Shown in pieces: positions 43,401 to 62,639 of a stretch of 64,000 bases of DNA. The stretch's first letter is position 1. Each line of letters opens with the position of its first letter. The stretch is taken from NCBI RefSeq assembly GCF_016432865.1, contig NC_067400.1, positions 616,776,001-616,840,000 of the forward strand, written 5' to 3'. Under the pieces are notes generated by a model. That model made no database searches and was not told where the DNA came from. It was given only the letters and a program-made list of their open reading frames with translations. The translations under genes and the position numbers were made by a program. Source of the stretch: Antechinus flavipes. Its lineage: Eukaryota.

Positions 43401-46379
43401 ACGGGGGCGCACACTGAGACCTGGGAGGGACCTCGGGGGTCCTGGGGACGCACACTGAGACCTGGGAGGGACCTCGGGGGTCACGGGGGCACAGACTGAG
43501 ACCTGGGAGGGACTTCGGGGGTCACGGGGGCGCAGACTGAAACCTGGGAGGGACTTCGGGGGTCCCGGGGGCACAGACTGAGACCTGGGAGGGACTTCGG
43601 GGGTCACGGGGGCACAGACTGAGACCTGGGAGGGACTTCGGGGGTCACGGGGGCACAGACTGAGACCTGGGAGGGACCTCAGGGGTCACGGGGGCACAGA
43701 CTGTGACCTGGGAGGGACCTCGGGGGTCACGGGGGCGCACACTGAGACCTGGGAGGGACCTCGGGGGTCCTGGGGACGCACACTGAGACCTGGGAGGGAC
43801 CTCGGGGGTCCCGGGGGCACAGACTGAGACCTGGGAGGGACCTCGGGGGTCACGGGGGCACAGACTGTGACCTGGGAGGGACCTCGGGGGTCCCGGGGGC
43901 ACAGACTGAGACCTGGGAGGGACCTCAGGGGTCCCGGGGGCACAGACTGTGACCTGGGAGGGACCTCAGGGGTCCCGGGGGCGCACACTGAGACCTGGGA
44001 GGGACCTCGGGGGTCACGGGGGCACAGACTGTGACCTGGAGGGACCTCAGGGGTCCCGGGGGCGCACACTGAGACCTGGGAGGGACTTCGGGGGTCCCGG
44101 GGGCGCACACTGAGACCTGGGAGGGACTTCGGGGGTCCCGGGGGCGCACACTGAGACCTGGGAGGGACTTCGGGGGTCACGGGGGCACAGACTGAGACCT
44201 GGGAGGGACCTCAGGGGTCACGGGGGCGCAGACTGAGACCTGGGAGGGACCTCAGGGGTCCTGGGGGCGCACACTGAGACCTGGGAGGGACTTCGGGGGT
44301 CCTGGGGGCGCACACTGAGACCTGGGAGGGACCTCGGGGGTCACGGGGGCGCAGACCGAGACCTGGGAGGGACCTCAGGGGTCCTGGGGGCGCACACTGA
44401 GACCTGGGAGGGACTTCGGGGGTCACGGGGGCGCAGACCGAGACCTGGGAGGGACCTCAGGGGTCCCAGGGGCGCACACTGAGACCTGGGAGGGACCTGG
44501 GAGGACTTATTTAACAGATGAGGGGAGGCCGGGGGGGATGAGACCCAGGCTCACACAGCTGGCTCAACGCTGGCTTCAGAATCGAGCCCAGCGCCCCTGC
44601 GGCCCAAGCCGGCCCTTTCCTCGCTCTCACTCGCTCTCACTCGATAGCGGGGACCAGAGACAGGACAGCGTGGCGGGGCTGGGAGTGCGGAGGGAGGGCC
44701 TGCCTGGCAGGGAAGTGCCGGGAGGCCCGGGGAGTGAGCCGGTCCCACCTCTGCCTTAGGGACGCTTACCCTGTTTGTGTGAGAGGTGGCCGAGGATTCA
44801 GTTAGGAAGCCCGGGGTGTTAAAGCCGACGTGGCCTTCAAGAACAAAGAAACGGCGCCGGCTGAGCCGGTGGGGGCAAAGCAGCAGTGCCTACTGGCTGC
44901 CGACTCCTTTCTTCAGCCTCGGTCACTGTCCCACGAGCCCAGAGCTGCACGCCGGCTTCTGTCCCTCACTCACCTCCCGCCCAGGGACAACTGACTTCCG
45001 GCACCTCTCTATCCGCCCCTCCCCTGTTCCATCCCCCCCCAACACAGCCGGGGCCGGGGGCGTACATCCGCTCCCCCAGAGGTTACGTCCCCGACCAGAA
45101 CCCAGGCCCAGAGCTCTGTGGGTGATCGAGAACCGCGGCTCTGGGTTCCTTCGGGAAGCAGGAGCACCCGGCTCTTCCCCCAGGCCTTCCGTGAGCGCCA
45201 CGAGCCTCCCTGGGGTAAGAGGGAAGTTCTCTTCCCGCTCCTAAAATAGCCCCTTCTCTGCCCCCTCAGGCCCAGATCGACCAGTACGTCGGGCTGGTGA
45301 ACAATCAGCTGAGTTACATCAAGGCTAAGTGAGTATCGCCGTGCTCTGGGAAGGGCAGTGAGGCCTTTGGGTTGGACTCACGACCCGGTCCCCGGTTCCT
45401 CCCCCATCCTCCCCCCCCCTTCCCCGAGAACTAATGGCCGCCTCCCGCTTCCCCGCCGCAAGTCTGACCATGGCCACTGCGCGGCAGACGGAGAAGCGCC
45501 CGGTCCCGGTCCGAGCCCCGGCTGGGAAACGACTCGCAGCTGCTGCCGGGGGCTCCCCGGTGACCTTGAGGCGCGTCCCTCTCCTCAGCTGTGTAATGAG
45601 GGGATTGGAGTCACCAAGCTCTGAGATCTCACGGCCCCTGCCTGTCTGGGTTCTAAAGTCCCCTAGCTCAGATGGTTTCTGGTTAGTTCTGATAGTCTGT
45701 GTTCTGACAGCCCTCCCAGCTCTGACATCCCCTGTTCTAGATTTGTCTTAGCTCTGATGTTCCCTGTTCTAAGGGTCCTCCCAGCTGATATTCTCTGTTC
45801 TAGATTTGTCTTAGCTCTGATGTTCCCTGTTTTAAGAGTCCTCCCAACCCTGAAATTCCATGTTCTAAGGGTCCTCCTAACCCTGACATTCTCTGTTCTA
45901 AGGGTCCTCCTAACCCTGACATTCTCTGTTCTAAGGTCCTTCCCAGTTCTGATATTCCATGTTCTGAGGGTCCTCCCAGCTCTAATATTCTCTGTTCTAA
46001 GGGCCCTCCCAGCTCTGACATCCCCTGTTCTAAGGGTCCTCCTAACCCTGACATTCTCTGTTCTAAGGTCCTTGCCAGCCCTGATATTCCACGTTCCCAG
46101 CTCTTATATTCTCTGTTCTAAGGGGCCCTCCCAGCTGACATTCCCTGTTCTAAGCCCTCCCAAGCCTGACGTTCCTGCTCTAACTGCCCAGCTCTGATAT
46201 TCTCTGGTTTAAGGGCCTTCCCAGCTCCGACACCTTATCATTCTGCCCTAGCTAAAGCCAGCAGTGATTCTGTGTACGTGTAGCTTATATTATCGTTGTC
46301 TCCCCACTGTTTGTGCAGGATTTATTCAAAGATCCCAGGGACCGGGGCCTCTGCAAGTTCCAAAGCCAAAGCCGAATGA
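27937..46379 (+). CDS. RTN2: Reticulon-2, long (RTN2-B-like) isoform, 10 coding exons, 459 aa
   Basis: Exons 27937-27970, 28967-29011, 30067-30510, 30742-31014, 35663-35870, 36511-36649, 37666-37735, 37824-37870, 45270-45328, 46319-46379. Total 1380 nt in frame. Starts MGQVLPVFAHCKEAPSTASSTPDS; reticulon domain exons of 208/139/70/47/59 nt; C-terminal KAKAE di-lysine motif. Confidence 0.94.
28435..28492. repeat. (GC)12(AC)17 compound microsatellite
   Basis: 58-bp uninterrupted alternating purine-pyrimidine tract. Confidence 0.95.
28967..29011 (+). CDS. RTN2: RTN2 exon 2
   Basis: KEAPSTASSTPDSTD; acceptor TTCTTTCTTAG, donor GTGAGT. Confidence 0.92.
29121..29351. other. Assembly gap (N run)
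   Basis: 231 N. Confidence 1.
29352..29727 (-). mobile_element. LINE-1 3' UTR fragment (marsupial type), antisense in RTN2 intron 2
   Basis: The reverse complement resembles a recalled dasyurid L1 3' end (GAGATGAACCAAATCAGTTCCAAT...GCTGTAAAATTAACCATGCAGATATCTTGTA) and runs into the N gap where the A-tail would be. Confidence 0.65.
30067..30510 (+). CDS. RTN2: RTN2 exon 3
   Basis: GNEDSDFRELHTAREFSEDEEEETTSQDWGTPRELTFSYIAF...LGDSLESIPSLSQSPEPGRR. Confidence 0.94.
30742..31014 (+). CDS. RTN2: RTN2 exon 4
   Basis: EDLEVPF...SRDSNS...EREPITGQCLESLDQ; donor G|GTAAGT. Confidence 0.88.
31554..31712. other. Assembly gap (N run)
   Basis: 159 N. Confidence 1.
31790..32085 (-). mobile_element. Two adjacent WSINE1/MAR1-like SINE copies
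   Basis: Two GATTTGCTCAGGGTCAC...TTTGAACTCAGG...CCATCTAGCT units, each preceded by a T-run. Confidence 0.6.
32660..33875 (+). promoter_or_regulatory. Internal RTN2-C promoter (CCAAT-box array, MEF2-type site)
   Basis: Eight ATTGG motifs between 32731 and 33736; TTATAAATAG at 32989-32998; lies directly upstream of the MGGSK exon. Confidence 0.65.
33876..33891 (+). CDS. RTN2: RTN2-C alternative first coding exon (MGGSK), short 199-aa isoform
   Basis: CCGAGATGGGAGGCAGCAAAG|GTGGGG splices in phase to exon 6; the human short isoform starts MGSKV (recalled). Confidence 0.82.
34525..34730 (+). repeat. Degenerate TTCTAAG tandem repeat
   Basis: TTCTGACATTCTATATCCTAAGACC, TGTTCTAAGGGTC. Confidence 0.65.
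35663..35870 (+). CDS. RTN2: RTN2 exon 6 (reticulon domain)
   Basis: VAELLYWRDTRTSGVVFTGIMVSLLCLLHFSIVSV...GDGANPFQ; 208 nt. Confidence 0.96.
36193..36431 (+). promoter_or_regulatory. Cluster of CTCF-like motifs in RTN2 intron 6
   Basis: CCACCAGGGGGCGC 36236-36249, CCGCCAGGTGGCGC 36300-36313, CCATCAGAGGGCGC 36418-36431, weaker TCTTTAGGGGGCGC 36193-36206. Confidence 0.65.
36511..36649 (+). CDS. RTN2: RTN2 exon 7
   Basis: AYLDVDLSLSREQIAHY...HLFLVEDLVDSLK; 139 nt. Confidence 0.95.
36677..37143. repeat. 24-bp minisatellite, 19 units, in RTN2 intron 7
   Basis: Unit CCAGAAACGGCCCTCCCAGGGGCC; 8-aa period ETALPGAP. Confidence 0.95.
37666..37735 (+). CDS. RTN2: RTN2 exon 8
   Basis: FALLFYILTFVGAVFNGMTLLIL; 70 nt. 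Confidence 0.95.
37824..37870 (+). CDS. RTN2: RTN2 exon 9
   Basis: GVISAFTFPLLYRQHQ; 47 nt. Confidence 0.94.
38569..38873. other. Assembly gap (N run)
   Basis: 305 N. Confidence 1.
40020..40255 (+). mobile_element. MIR-like SINE
   Basis: GGATTTAAATCC B box, CGGTTTCCCCCACTGTAAAATGGGG core, GTGAGGATGAAA tail. Confidence 0.6.
40891..44508 (+). repeat. 41/42-bp G-rich minisatellite, about 85-90 units (estimated by length), in RTN2 intron 9
   Basis: Unit GAGACCTGGGAGGGACCTCGGGGGTCACGGGGGCACAGACT with interspersed variants. Confidence 0.98.
45270..45328 (+). CDS. RTN2: RTN2 exon 10
   Basis: AQIDQYVGLVNNQLSYIKAK; 59 nt. Confidence 0.95.
45640..46245 (+). repeat. 33-bp TTCTAAG minisatellite in RTN2 intron 10
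   Basis: Unit CTGACATTCTCTGTTCTAAGGGTCCTCCCAGCT; the 11-aa periodicity of ORF 45757..46197 confirms the period. Confidence 0.9.
46319..46379 (+). CDS. RTN2: RTN2 exon 11 (stop)
   Basis: IYSKIPGTGASASSKAKAE-TGA. Confidence 0.93.
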
Positions 46380-46834
46380 GCCCCTCTTCCGGCCGGCCCG
46401 GGACCCGCCTGCCCACAGCCCCCGGTGCCCCTCCCGATGACCCTGCCTGCCCCCCTCCCTGCCAGCCTCCCCAGTCCTGCTCACACACACACACACTCTC
46501 ACACACCTTCCGGTTCTGGCGAACCAGCCAGGGCCTCTTCATGCTCAAATACCCAGCCCCCCTCCCCGCTCCGTGCCGCCCTCGCCCTCCACGGCCTTCA
46601 GGATGACCTGGGAGCACCTGGGAGTTCGCTGACGGCCCGGGTGCTCAGAAAGGCCAGAGACTTGTACGCTGCAGCCGGGACAGCCATCCCCTGGTTCCAG
46701 GAGCTCAGCCCCTCTCTCCCTTCTCGCCTCCCCCCGGGGTGTTGGGGCAGGGGGGGCCTCCCTGTCTGCCGCCCTGTCCCCGCCCCCGGGGCATTATGGG
46801 GTTGAGGAAAGAACCGAGCTTGGGTTTACACTTT

Positions 46835-46840
46835 AATAAA
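46835..46840 (+). terminator. RTN2 polyadenylation signal (AATAAA)
   Basis: AATAAA about 455 nt after the stop codon. Confidence 0.7.
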
Positions 46841-49800
46841 AACTTGTGGAAAACTAGACTCGACTCGTTCTCTGAGCGGTCGACAAACATTGATCCAAGT
46901 CTCCTCCTCCCCCTTCCTGCTGAGCCAGTAACCAGAGAGCTCTCTGACAGAGGCAGCATGATACAAAGGAGAAAAGGGGAGGGGGAGGCGGCGGACAGAG
47001 CAGAAAGGCCCGGCCTCGGGCCTCCGAGGGGCTGGGTTCGGCTTCTGCTCTCCTAGTACCTTGTATGTCTGGTCAAGGCTCCATCACTGCCGGTTCCCTC
47101 GCCCGGAGAACGAGGGCGTCTCTGAAGTACCTTCCAGCTCTGTGGTGTGGGTTTGACCCCCTAGTCCAAGCAACTCACTCCCTATATCTAGGTCTCAGTT
47201 TTCTAATCTGTAAAATGGGGTAATAACACTGACAACACTCCCAAAGCTGCTTCTAGAAATGGGCAGGACCATGGAGAGCACTGGGTGGGAGAACTGCTTC
47301 TGGAAGCCCGGATCCTTGCCTTGCTGATCCCAGTGTGAGCTCCGAGTGGTGGGGGACCAGCCCCCCCCCCCACCACCACGAAGGGGTCAGAGCAGGTGAT
47401 TTTAAAGGCCCTTCCCCTTCCCAGATGCATCACTCTAGAACGCCGTCCAGGCCCCAGGAGTCAGTCCCTGAGCGTTTAGCTTGCCGTGTCAGGCTCTGTG
47501 CGGCTGGGACCAGGGTGAACGATCACCTCCAGTTCTGACGGCCTGACATCCAGGGCCAGGCCGGACTCCTGGAGGCCCCGTCCCCCACCCGGGGGAGCAT
47601 CCAGTCAGCCACGGTGGGACTCCGCAGCTGGGGAGCCGCTCCACGAGGAAGGGCCAGGCTGAAAGGGCTCCAAGTTATTCAGTCCCCGTTTGCCTCAGTC
47701 TCCCCACTGTCAACTCATAATGGCGTCGTTTTGTTCCTGCCAGAGGCTCTGTGCAAGCATGTCCTTCTCTCCCCGATTTCCAGAGAAATGGGTACAGCTC
47801 AATGATCCACGAGCTTGAGAAGTGTGAAGGTCATTTCTTCATGTCCATATACTCGCTGGTCTTTTTAATCTATGCTGTTTTAGGCACATTTCTGAGAAAG
47901 GGAGGTTGGGGGGGGGGAGGGGGCTGTCAAGTCTGAAAGGTGATGATGAAGCCCTGGGCTTGCGTTCCAACGGACAGGAAAATAAAGTGGCTCTCCGGAA
48001 AAGGAGTTATCCAAGGTCTTAGTCGGGAGCAGAGCCAGCAGGGCAAGGCAGGGAGCCAGAGCGTGTTCTTGAGCAGGAGAGAGGCCACATTGAGGTGGGA
48101 TGGAGGGACTGAAGTCTCCGGACCAGGGACGGGGAAAGCGACAGTCCCACCTAAGGCCACAAGGTGTCGCCCAAACACCAGCGTTTTCCCCCAGAACGAG
48201 AAGGGGGCGGGGACAAGCGAAGGCGGCGCGGACTCGGACAGCGAGCCGATGTGTCAAGCCCTAACCCTCTCGGCTCTGGGAACCATCCGGAGAGCGGGCC
48301 CCGATTGTGCGGGGGGCGGATGTGCTATTTAATTACCCAGATCTGCTGCCGCGGCTTACAATGCACGCTCTGCCACTGACCCACGGCGTGACCTTTCCTC
48401 AGTTTCCCCGCCTGTAAAACGAGGTGGGGTGAGCCAGCTGAGCTCCCAAGAGGGGTGTCCAATATCCCAGCCTGGGCCGGAGGAGGTGGAGGAAGGAACC
48501 CCGGGAACCCCGAGGGTCGCCGGAGCTGGGGGGAGGAGCAACCCCTCGCCCCCACCCCGAGGGCCGCAGTCCGGAGCGGGAGCCGGACGGAGCTCTCCGA
48601 GGCCCAAAACGGTGTGGCGGGGAAGTCTCTCCCAGAATGCTCTGCGCCATGCAAATGAAGGGCGTCTCGTTAGCGTTCGTTGTCGTTCATAGCATCTCGG
48701 GAAATAAAGGGAAAAATTAAGAGAAAAATAAAGATTTTGGAAGTCATTGTATTTTAACTCAATTTTAAGCTAAATTATCTCTATTTAGAATAAAAAAACT
48801 TTCGCGCCCTATTTGTAAAATGATTGTTATTACTAGCTTTATATACCTTTGAAGAGGACCGTGTTTCCTGCCCGGATGACCCTCAGTGGTCTGGGGTGCA
48901 GGCTTCAAACCTGTAGCTGTCTAGCGACAGAGTGGTTCAATTCCACCTTTCGGGCGTGCGGCCTACGACTGTGTCTTTTCCCGGCCCCTTTCTTCTTCAC
49001 CCCACGCGCACCACTCTCCCCTTCATCTTCCCCGCGCGACAGAGACTTCCTTACCCTTCCCACACTGACTGCGGGGCGAGCTCGCTCAAGCCCCTGGCCC
49101 TTCCTGGCCCTCAGTTTCTCTATTTGTCAAAGGATGGACTCAACACGTCCCGGTCCCTGAGAGGCTCCCCCCGCCCAAGGCCGGCCCGGAACTGTCTGGA
49201 GGTTTCAGTCTGAGAGACTGCAATGGCTCCAGGAGACGGCCCAGTAACACCAAGGATCCGGATCCCAACCGGCGGGTCCCGGATCACGCCGCCCCCAGGT
49301 TTAGAAATTCTGTACGTTGTAGCTTGTTCTCGGAGATGGGCGCTATCTCCCCCCCCCCCCCCCCATTTTACAGACGGGGACAGGAAACATGAAAGTAACT
49401 GACAAGGCCTCCGGCTCCTTTCCAGTTTCACAGCGAGGACTCTGGGACTCAAGTCAGAGTTTTCAGCACTTAAACGTGCTTCTGAGACTGGGGACTTCCC
49501 GGCAGGGGGGGGGGGGGGGGTGCCCTCACTTGCTCCCCCTGCAGGGAGAGTGCACCCGCAGAGACCCAGAAGTAGCTGGTGGCCTGGCCTTGGTAAGTGA
49601 CAGGGCCCACAAGCCGTCCAGCCTCAGTCTCCCCGAGGATACAATGATCAGAGGGAAATCAAGGAGCCTCCTCTGCCAGCTAGCCTGCCTCCGGGTAGTG
49701 GAAGGATTTACAAAACGGAGACCTTTTCCCTCCGCGCTAGGAAATAGTCCGGTCACAAGCCTCGGCTCTAGTCCTTCCTTTGGCAACTGGTCCGGGCCAG

Positions 49801-49860
49801 GAAGTCATCCCCTGGCGTCTACCTCTGCCCTGCCCTCTAGAACATCGGCAGGTCTGGCCC

Positions 49861-50205
49861 CGGGCCTGCCCTCGTCCCCCGGGACCTGCCCTCGTCCCCC
49901 GGGCCTGCCCTCGTCCCCCCCCCCCCCCCGGGCCTGCCCTCGTCCCCCCGGGACCTGTCCTTGTCCCCCCGGGCCTGCCCTCGTCCCCCCGGGCCTGCCC
50001 TCGTCCCCCCGGGACCTGCCCTCGTCCCCCCGGGCCTGCCCTCGTTCCCCCCCCCCCCCCCCCGGGTCTGCCCTCGTCCCCCCGGGCCTGCCCTCGTTCC
50101 CCTCCCCCCCCCCCCCCCGGGCCTGCCCTCGTCCCCCCTGGGACCTGCCCTTGTCCCCCTCCCCCCACCTGCCCTCGTCCCCCCGGGCCTGCCCTCGTCC
50201 CCGGC
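49861..50205. repeat. ~20-bp C-rich minisatellite, about 15 units, with variable poly-C
   Basis: Unit GGGCCTGCCCTCGTCCCCC(C)n. Confidence 0.93.
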
Positions 50206-50878
50206 CTCCGTTATGGGCAGAACTCTGAGCCTGACACAAAGCGTGCTCCCAAGGGGACCAGTCCGCGGGACGGGCAGACAGTGGTTATCTACTTTAGCCC
50301 GGCTCAGTGTGATTGATCCCATCCCACAGCGGGAAGTTCTGGGCCAGAACCTGAAACAAGGCACTGAGCGGGAGGCAGCGGACCATGGTTCAATCTGGTT
50401 TAGCGCTGATTTAATCCTACAACAAACGATGGTTCCCAGGGATAGAAGGTCGGGTTCCCGCTCAGTGGGGGCGCCTAAGCCGGGAGCCTCGGCCAGGGGT
50501 CGTCGGGGAGATCCAGGAGCAGACAAGGCAGGCGGGAGCTCAAGCTCTCGGAACCGGGAGGCAGACGGGCCTCCAGAAAAACCAACGCGGCCCCAGTGAA
50601 GGAGAGAGGGCTCGGAAGGGGACAGTAAAGGGTTTGGACTTTAACCCCTGGCTGCACTTGTGGTGATCCCAGAACTGAAAGGAAGGCTGCCCCGAGACCC
50701 GAGGGAACCGAAACAGAGCATTACACCCCACCCTCCCCCAGTCACCCGAGCCCAGCCAGAAAGTCCTCCGAGCCCCCAGCCCCACGCTGGGAAGCCCCTG
50801 CCCAGGCCCCCTGCCCCAGAGAGGAGGACGGAGGGGACAAAGATGACCGCGTGCGAGGAGTGGGTTTTTGTAAAGCAT

Positions 50879-50884
50879 TTTATT
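50879..50884 (-). terminator. FOSB distal polyadenylation signal (AATAAA); 3' UTR about 3 kb
   Basis: TTTATT on + strand, preceded on the sense strand by U-rich TATTTGTGATTTTTGTATTTGTACCTGACC. A second AATAAA lies at 52796-52801. Confidence 0.7.
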
Positions 50885-51278
50885 GGGTGGGTTGAAACAC
50901 TTGAGGCAGATCCTGGGGATTGAAGGGAGAGGGAGCGCTCAGCCCAACACCGACCAGCCCAGCCCCAGCCCCTTCCCGGGGTCAGGTACAAAATACAAAA
51001 ATCACAAATACAGCATCGGGCGTGGGGGGGAGGGGAGGGGCTGGCGGGGAGGAAACCGATAAACTGTGGTTGGCGGGAGCTCCTCCTCACACTCACACTC
51101 ACACACACACTCACAGGCCCTGCAGGGGGAAGGGACAAATTAGTCACCGAGTTTGGTCACAGGAGAAAGGAGAGACAGACAAACGGACAGGCAGGAAATT
51201 AGGAACAGACCGAGAGACAGGCAGGCAGCATGAAGGGAAGAGACCCGGGGAGGGACAGATCGGTGCAGGAGCACGGAG

Positions 51279-51610
51279 NNNNNNNNNNNNNNNNNNNNNN
51301 NNNNNNNNNNNNNNNNNNNNNNNNNNNNNNNNNNNNNNNNNNNNNNNNNNNNNNNNNNNNNNNNNNNNNNNNNNNNNNNNNNNNNNNNNNNNNNNNNNNN
51401 NNNNNNNNNNNNNNNNNNNNNNNNNNNNNNNNNNNNNNNNNNNNNNNNNNNNNNNNNNNNNNNNNNNNNNNNNNNNNNNNNNNNNNNNNNNNNNNNNNNN
51501 NNNNNNNNNNNNNNNNNNNNNNNNNNNNNNNNNNNNNNNNNNNNNNNNNNNNNNNNNNNNNNNNNNNNNNNNNNNNNNNNNNNNNNNNNNNNNNNNNNNN
51601 NNNNNNNNNN
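51279..51610. other. Assembly gap (N run) in the FOSB 3' UTR
   Basis: 332 N. Confidence 1.
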
Positions 51611-52154
51611 AGTGAGCGTTCACTTCAGCCACGCGGTCTGAGGGCCTGGGGGGGACGGGATCCTGACACGCGCCCATACACACTGACACGTACGCACACC
51701 ATATATATAATATAATATAATATATATATTTATACAGAATAGATATAGTGCCTTTCGGAAACCAGGGACGATGGTCGAGGCCGGGGATTTGGGGCCGAGG
51801 GATGGTTAGTGAGGGAAGGGGCCGGTGTGGAATGTTGTCCATGCAGTAAAAGGGACTAGAACGGGAGGGCTGCGGCCCCACTCTCCCCGATGCTTTGACA
51901 AAGGGAATTTCTCCTTATTTTGAACAATTGAGGCCAAAGGGAGAAGGAAGCCGGGGAAGGGGGCGGCCCGATTGGGGGTTTGCCCTTTCCTAAGGCCCTG
52001 GGGATTCGGCCGGGGAGGGAGCTAAGGCAAAAGAGGGCAAAGGGCAAAGGGTAGCTTAGGCCCTCCTGGATCCGTCTCATCGTCCTGTTGACCTATCATA
52101 GATACTTTGAGATCACCAGGCCCGATTTCCAAAAAATAAACAATTTTTAAAATG

Positions 52155-52295
52155 AGAGCTGGTCCCTCTGGACTTGGAGACAGAAAGTCCTGGGTTCAAA
52201 TCCTTCCCGGGACACTAAGTAGCTCTGAGCCTCTGGACAGATGACTTAATGTCTCCGAGCCACTTTTCCTCAAGTGTAAATGAGGAAATCTGCAA
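52155..52295 (+). mobile_element. MIR-like SINE, antisense within the FOSB 3' UTR
   Basis: CTGGGTTCAAATCC...GACTTAAT...TTTTCCTCAAGTGTAAATGAGG. Confidence 0.55.
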
Positions 52296-53842
52296 ATGTC
52301 AAACACAGAAGGTGGAGGAGGTCGGTGGGGGGAGGAGAAAGGCCTGTGGCCAGGGAGAGGCTGGAGCGGAGGCTCCATCCTTGTTACCATCCCAGTGACA
52401 AATAGGATGAGAAACCAGTTCCCTAGATTAAAAAAAAAAAAAGAAGAAGAAGAAGGGGCGTGGAATAGTTAGGGAGCAGGTGGATATGGAGGGGACATCC
52501 AGGGCTGGACAGAGCCAGCTCCCAGAGCAACGGATGCTTTGAGATCCGTCCCCCCAACTATCACCAAGTTTAAGCAAAGAAGGAAGGGGGAGAGGAATCC
52601 ACCAGTTCAGCTCCCTCAAAGGCCAGAAGCCTCAGCTCTGTGACTTCTCCCCAGAGAGGGCTGCCCCCAGAGACTGGCCCGTTTCCTGGAAAGACGGGGG
52701 AGAAGTCGGCGTCCTAGGCTGGGGGGCGGGGATGGGGGGGGGAAATACCCCCCTATATATAGAGGACGGTAAGCGGGGAACCTCACGATGACCGTTTTAT
52801 TTGTTGCATGAAATAGAGGAAGATCTATCGGCTTGGAAGGGCTGAGAGACCCTTTTGGGGGTAAAATTTCTCCCCTGATTTCTCCTCCCCACCGAGGGAG
52901 ACTGGAGACCGGACCGGACTTCCCTGGTCCCCACCCTTCCTCCAAGACCTCGTTTCACAGTATAAATACCTCGGCTAGGGGCAAGGGTGAAAGGTGAGTC
53001 ACCCTTCTCTCCCAGACACACGAAAGAAGGAAAGCCCGGAGAAAATCAGCTGCGGGGGGAGGGCGTGAGGGAAGAGGAAGAGGGTCCGGGGTTACCTGGG
53101 AAGGAGGGGACAGGAATAATACTGTTTACAAAGGTGAAGGGAGGCTCCTCATCTCCCAACCTGACCAGGTCTCTGACCTTGGGGAGAGAAAGAAGGGAGT
53201 TGATCCTTTCACCTTTGACTCTGGAAAGTGGCTAAATAAGTTAATACTCTTCTAGGGAGCCAGGGTGAGGAAGCAATGACCAGAGAGTATCGTGGAGAAG
53301 GACGTGATTCCATCAAGAACGAGACTTTGAACCCGTCTCCCAGAGCCCCCCCTCCCCCAACCCGCCGAGGCCCCCCGCCCCGCGTGGCTCGCAGGCCACG
53401 GCAGCCCACAATCTCTCTCCATACCTTTTCCCCACCCTCCTCCCCCAGGAGCAAGGCCCTCGGGTGCAGCCCCCACCAAGTCTCCGCCTTTAGCACTGGC
53501 GACAGTCAGAGTGGAGGGTCAATAGGCAAGCTCCAAGGGTCGAAGGGTCAGGGCTCAAGGAAGGGCCCGGCGTGGGGCCAGCGGAGTCCCGGCTCGGGGG
53601 TGGAGGGAGGAAGCCTCGAGTCGAGGTGAATCCGGGCGGTGGCCGAGAATGGAGGGAGCCTCGGGTCCAGAGGGATCCGGCGGTTGATGGCCAAGGATGA
53701 GGAGAGGCCGGCTCGGGTCAACGGCCCCTCGAGGATGCGCGGAATCCTCGGGTTGACGCGGGCCGCGAGAGCGGAGGGGGCCGTGGCCACCTCCCCCCAG
53801 TTTTTGTCTCCAGAGAGAAGCGCCCCCTCCCTCTAAAAGAAT

Positions 53843-62053
<8,211 letters not shown>

Positions 62054-62639
62054 CTCCCCGGGCACCCCAGGGGGTGGCCTGTGACCGCGCTGGGGCCGCC
62101 TGGAAGCCAAGGCTGGACCGAGGGTGGGGGGACCCGGCACGAGAGGAAAAAACAAGCAAATTGGTAAAGAGTCCGGCGGTCCGGCTGGTCCCCAAGTCCA
62201 GGAAGATAGGGGGTGGACAAGTCCAAGTCCTGAAGTAGTATTCCCCGACGCTGAAATATGAAGAAGGGGAGGAAGCTCGCTCCCCTCGGACGCCCGTCCC
62301 CTCCCCTGCCCCGCTTGTCCGATGCTGGGGGGCGAAGGGGGGGGCAAATCTTCTCTCGAGGGGGAGGGGGAGAAGTCCCCGTCCCCCCTTGGTTCCGAGT
62401 TCCGAAGTCCGGCTGAGTAGAATCCCGCCCGGCCCCCGGTCCCGCACGGCTGGGAAGCAGCCGGTGAGAGCGCGGCGGCGGCGGCGGCGGCTGCAGTCAA
62501 GTCCTGGGGCCAACCAAGAAAAAGAGCGAAGTCCGCGGGCGCTGTCCGAGCGCGGCAGGGAGAAGCCCTGACGAGATCGAGAGAAGAAAATCGCTGCCCG
62601 GCCCCGCTCCTGCACCGCACTGCCCGCTCCCGAAAAGCT

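Noticed and set aside
40891-44508. Regular array resembling a CRISPR, and many ORFs (41832-44426) within it
   Set aside because: There are no unique spacers; the whole unit repeats. The genome is mammalian with no cas genes, and the ORFs are by-products of the periodic sequence.
48649-48656. Octamer ATGCAAAT in CpG-rich intergenic DNA, suggesting an snRNA promoter
   Set aside because: Single motif with no recognisable PSE or snRNA body nearby.
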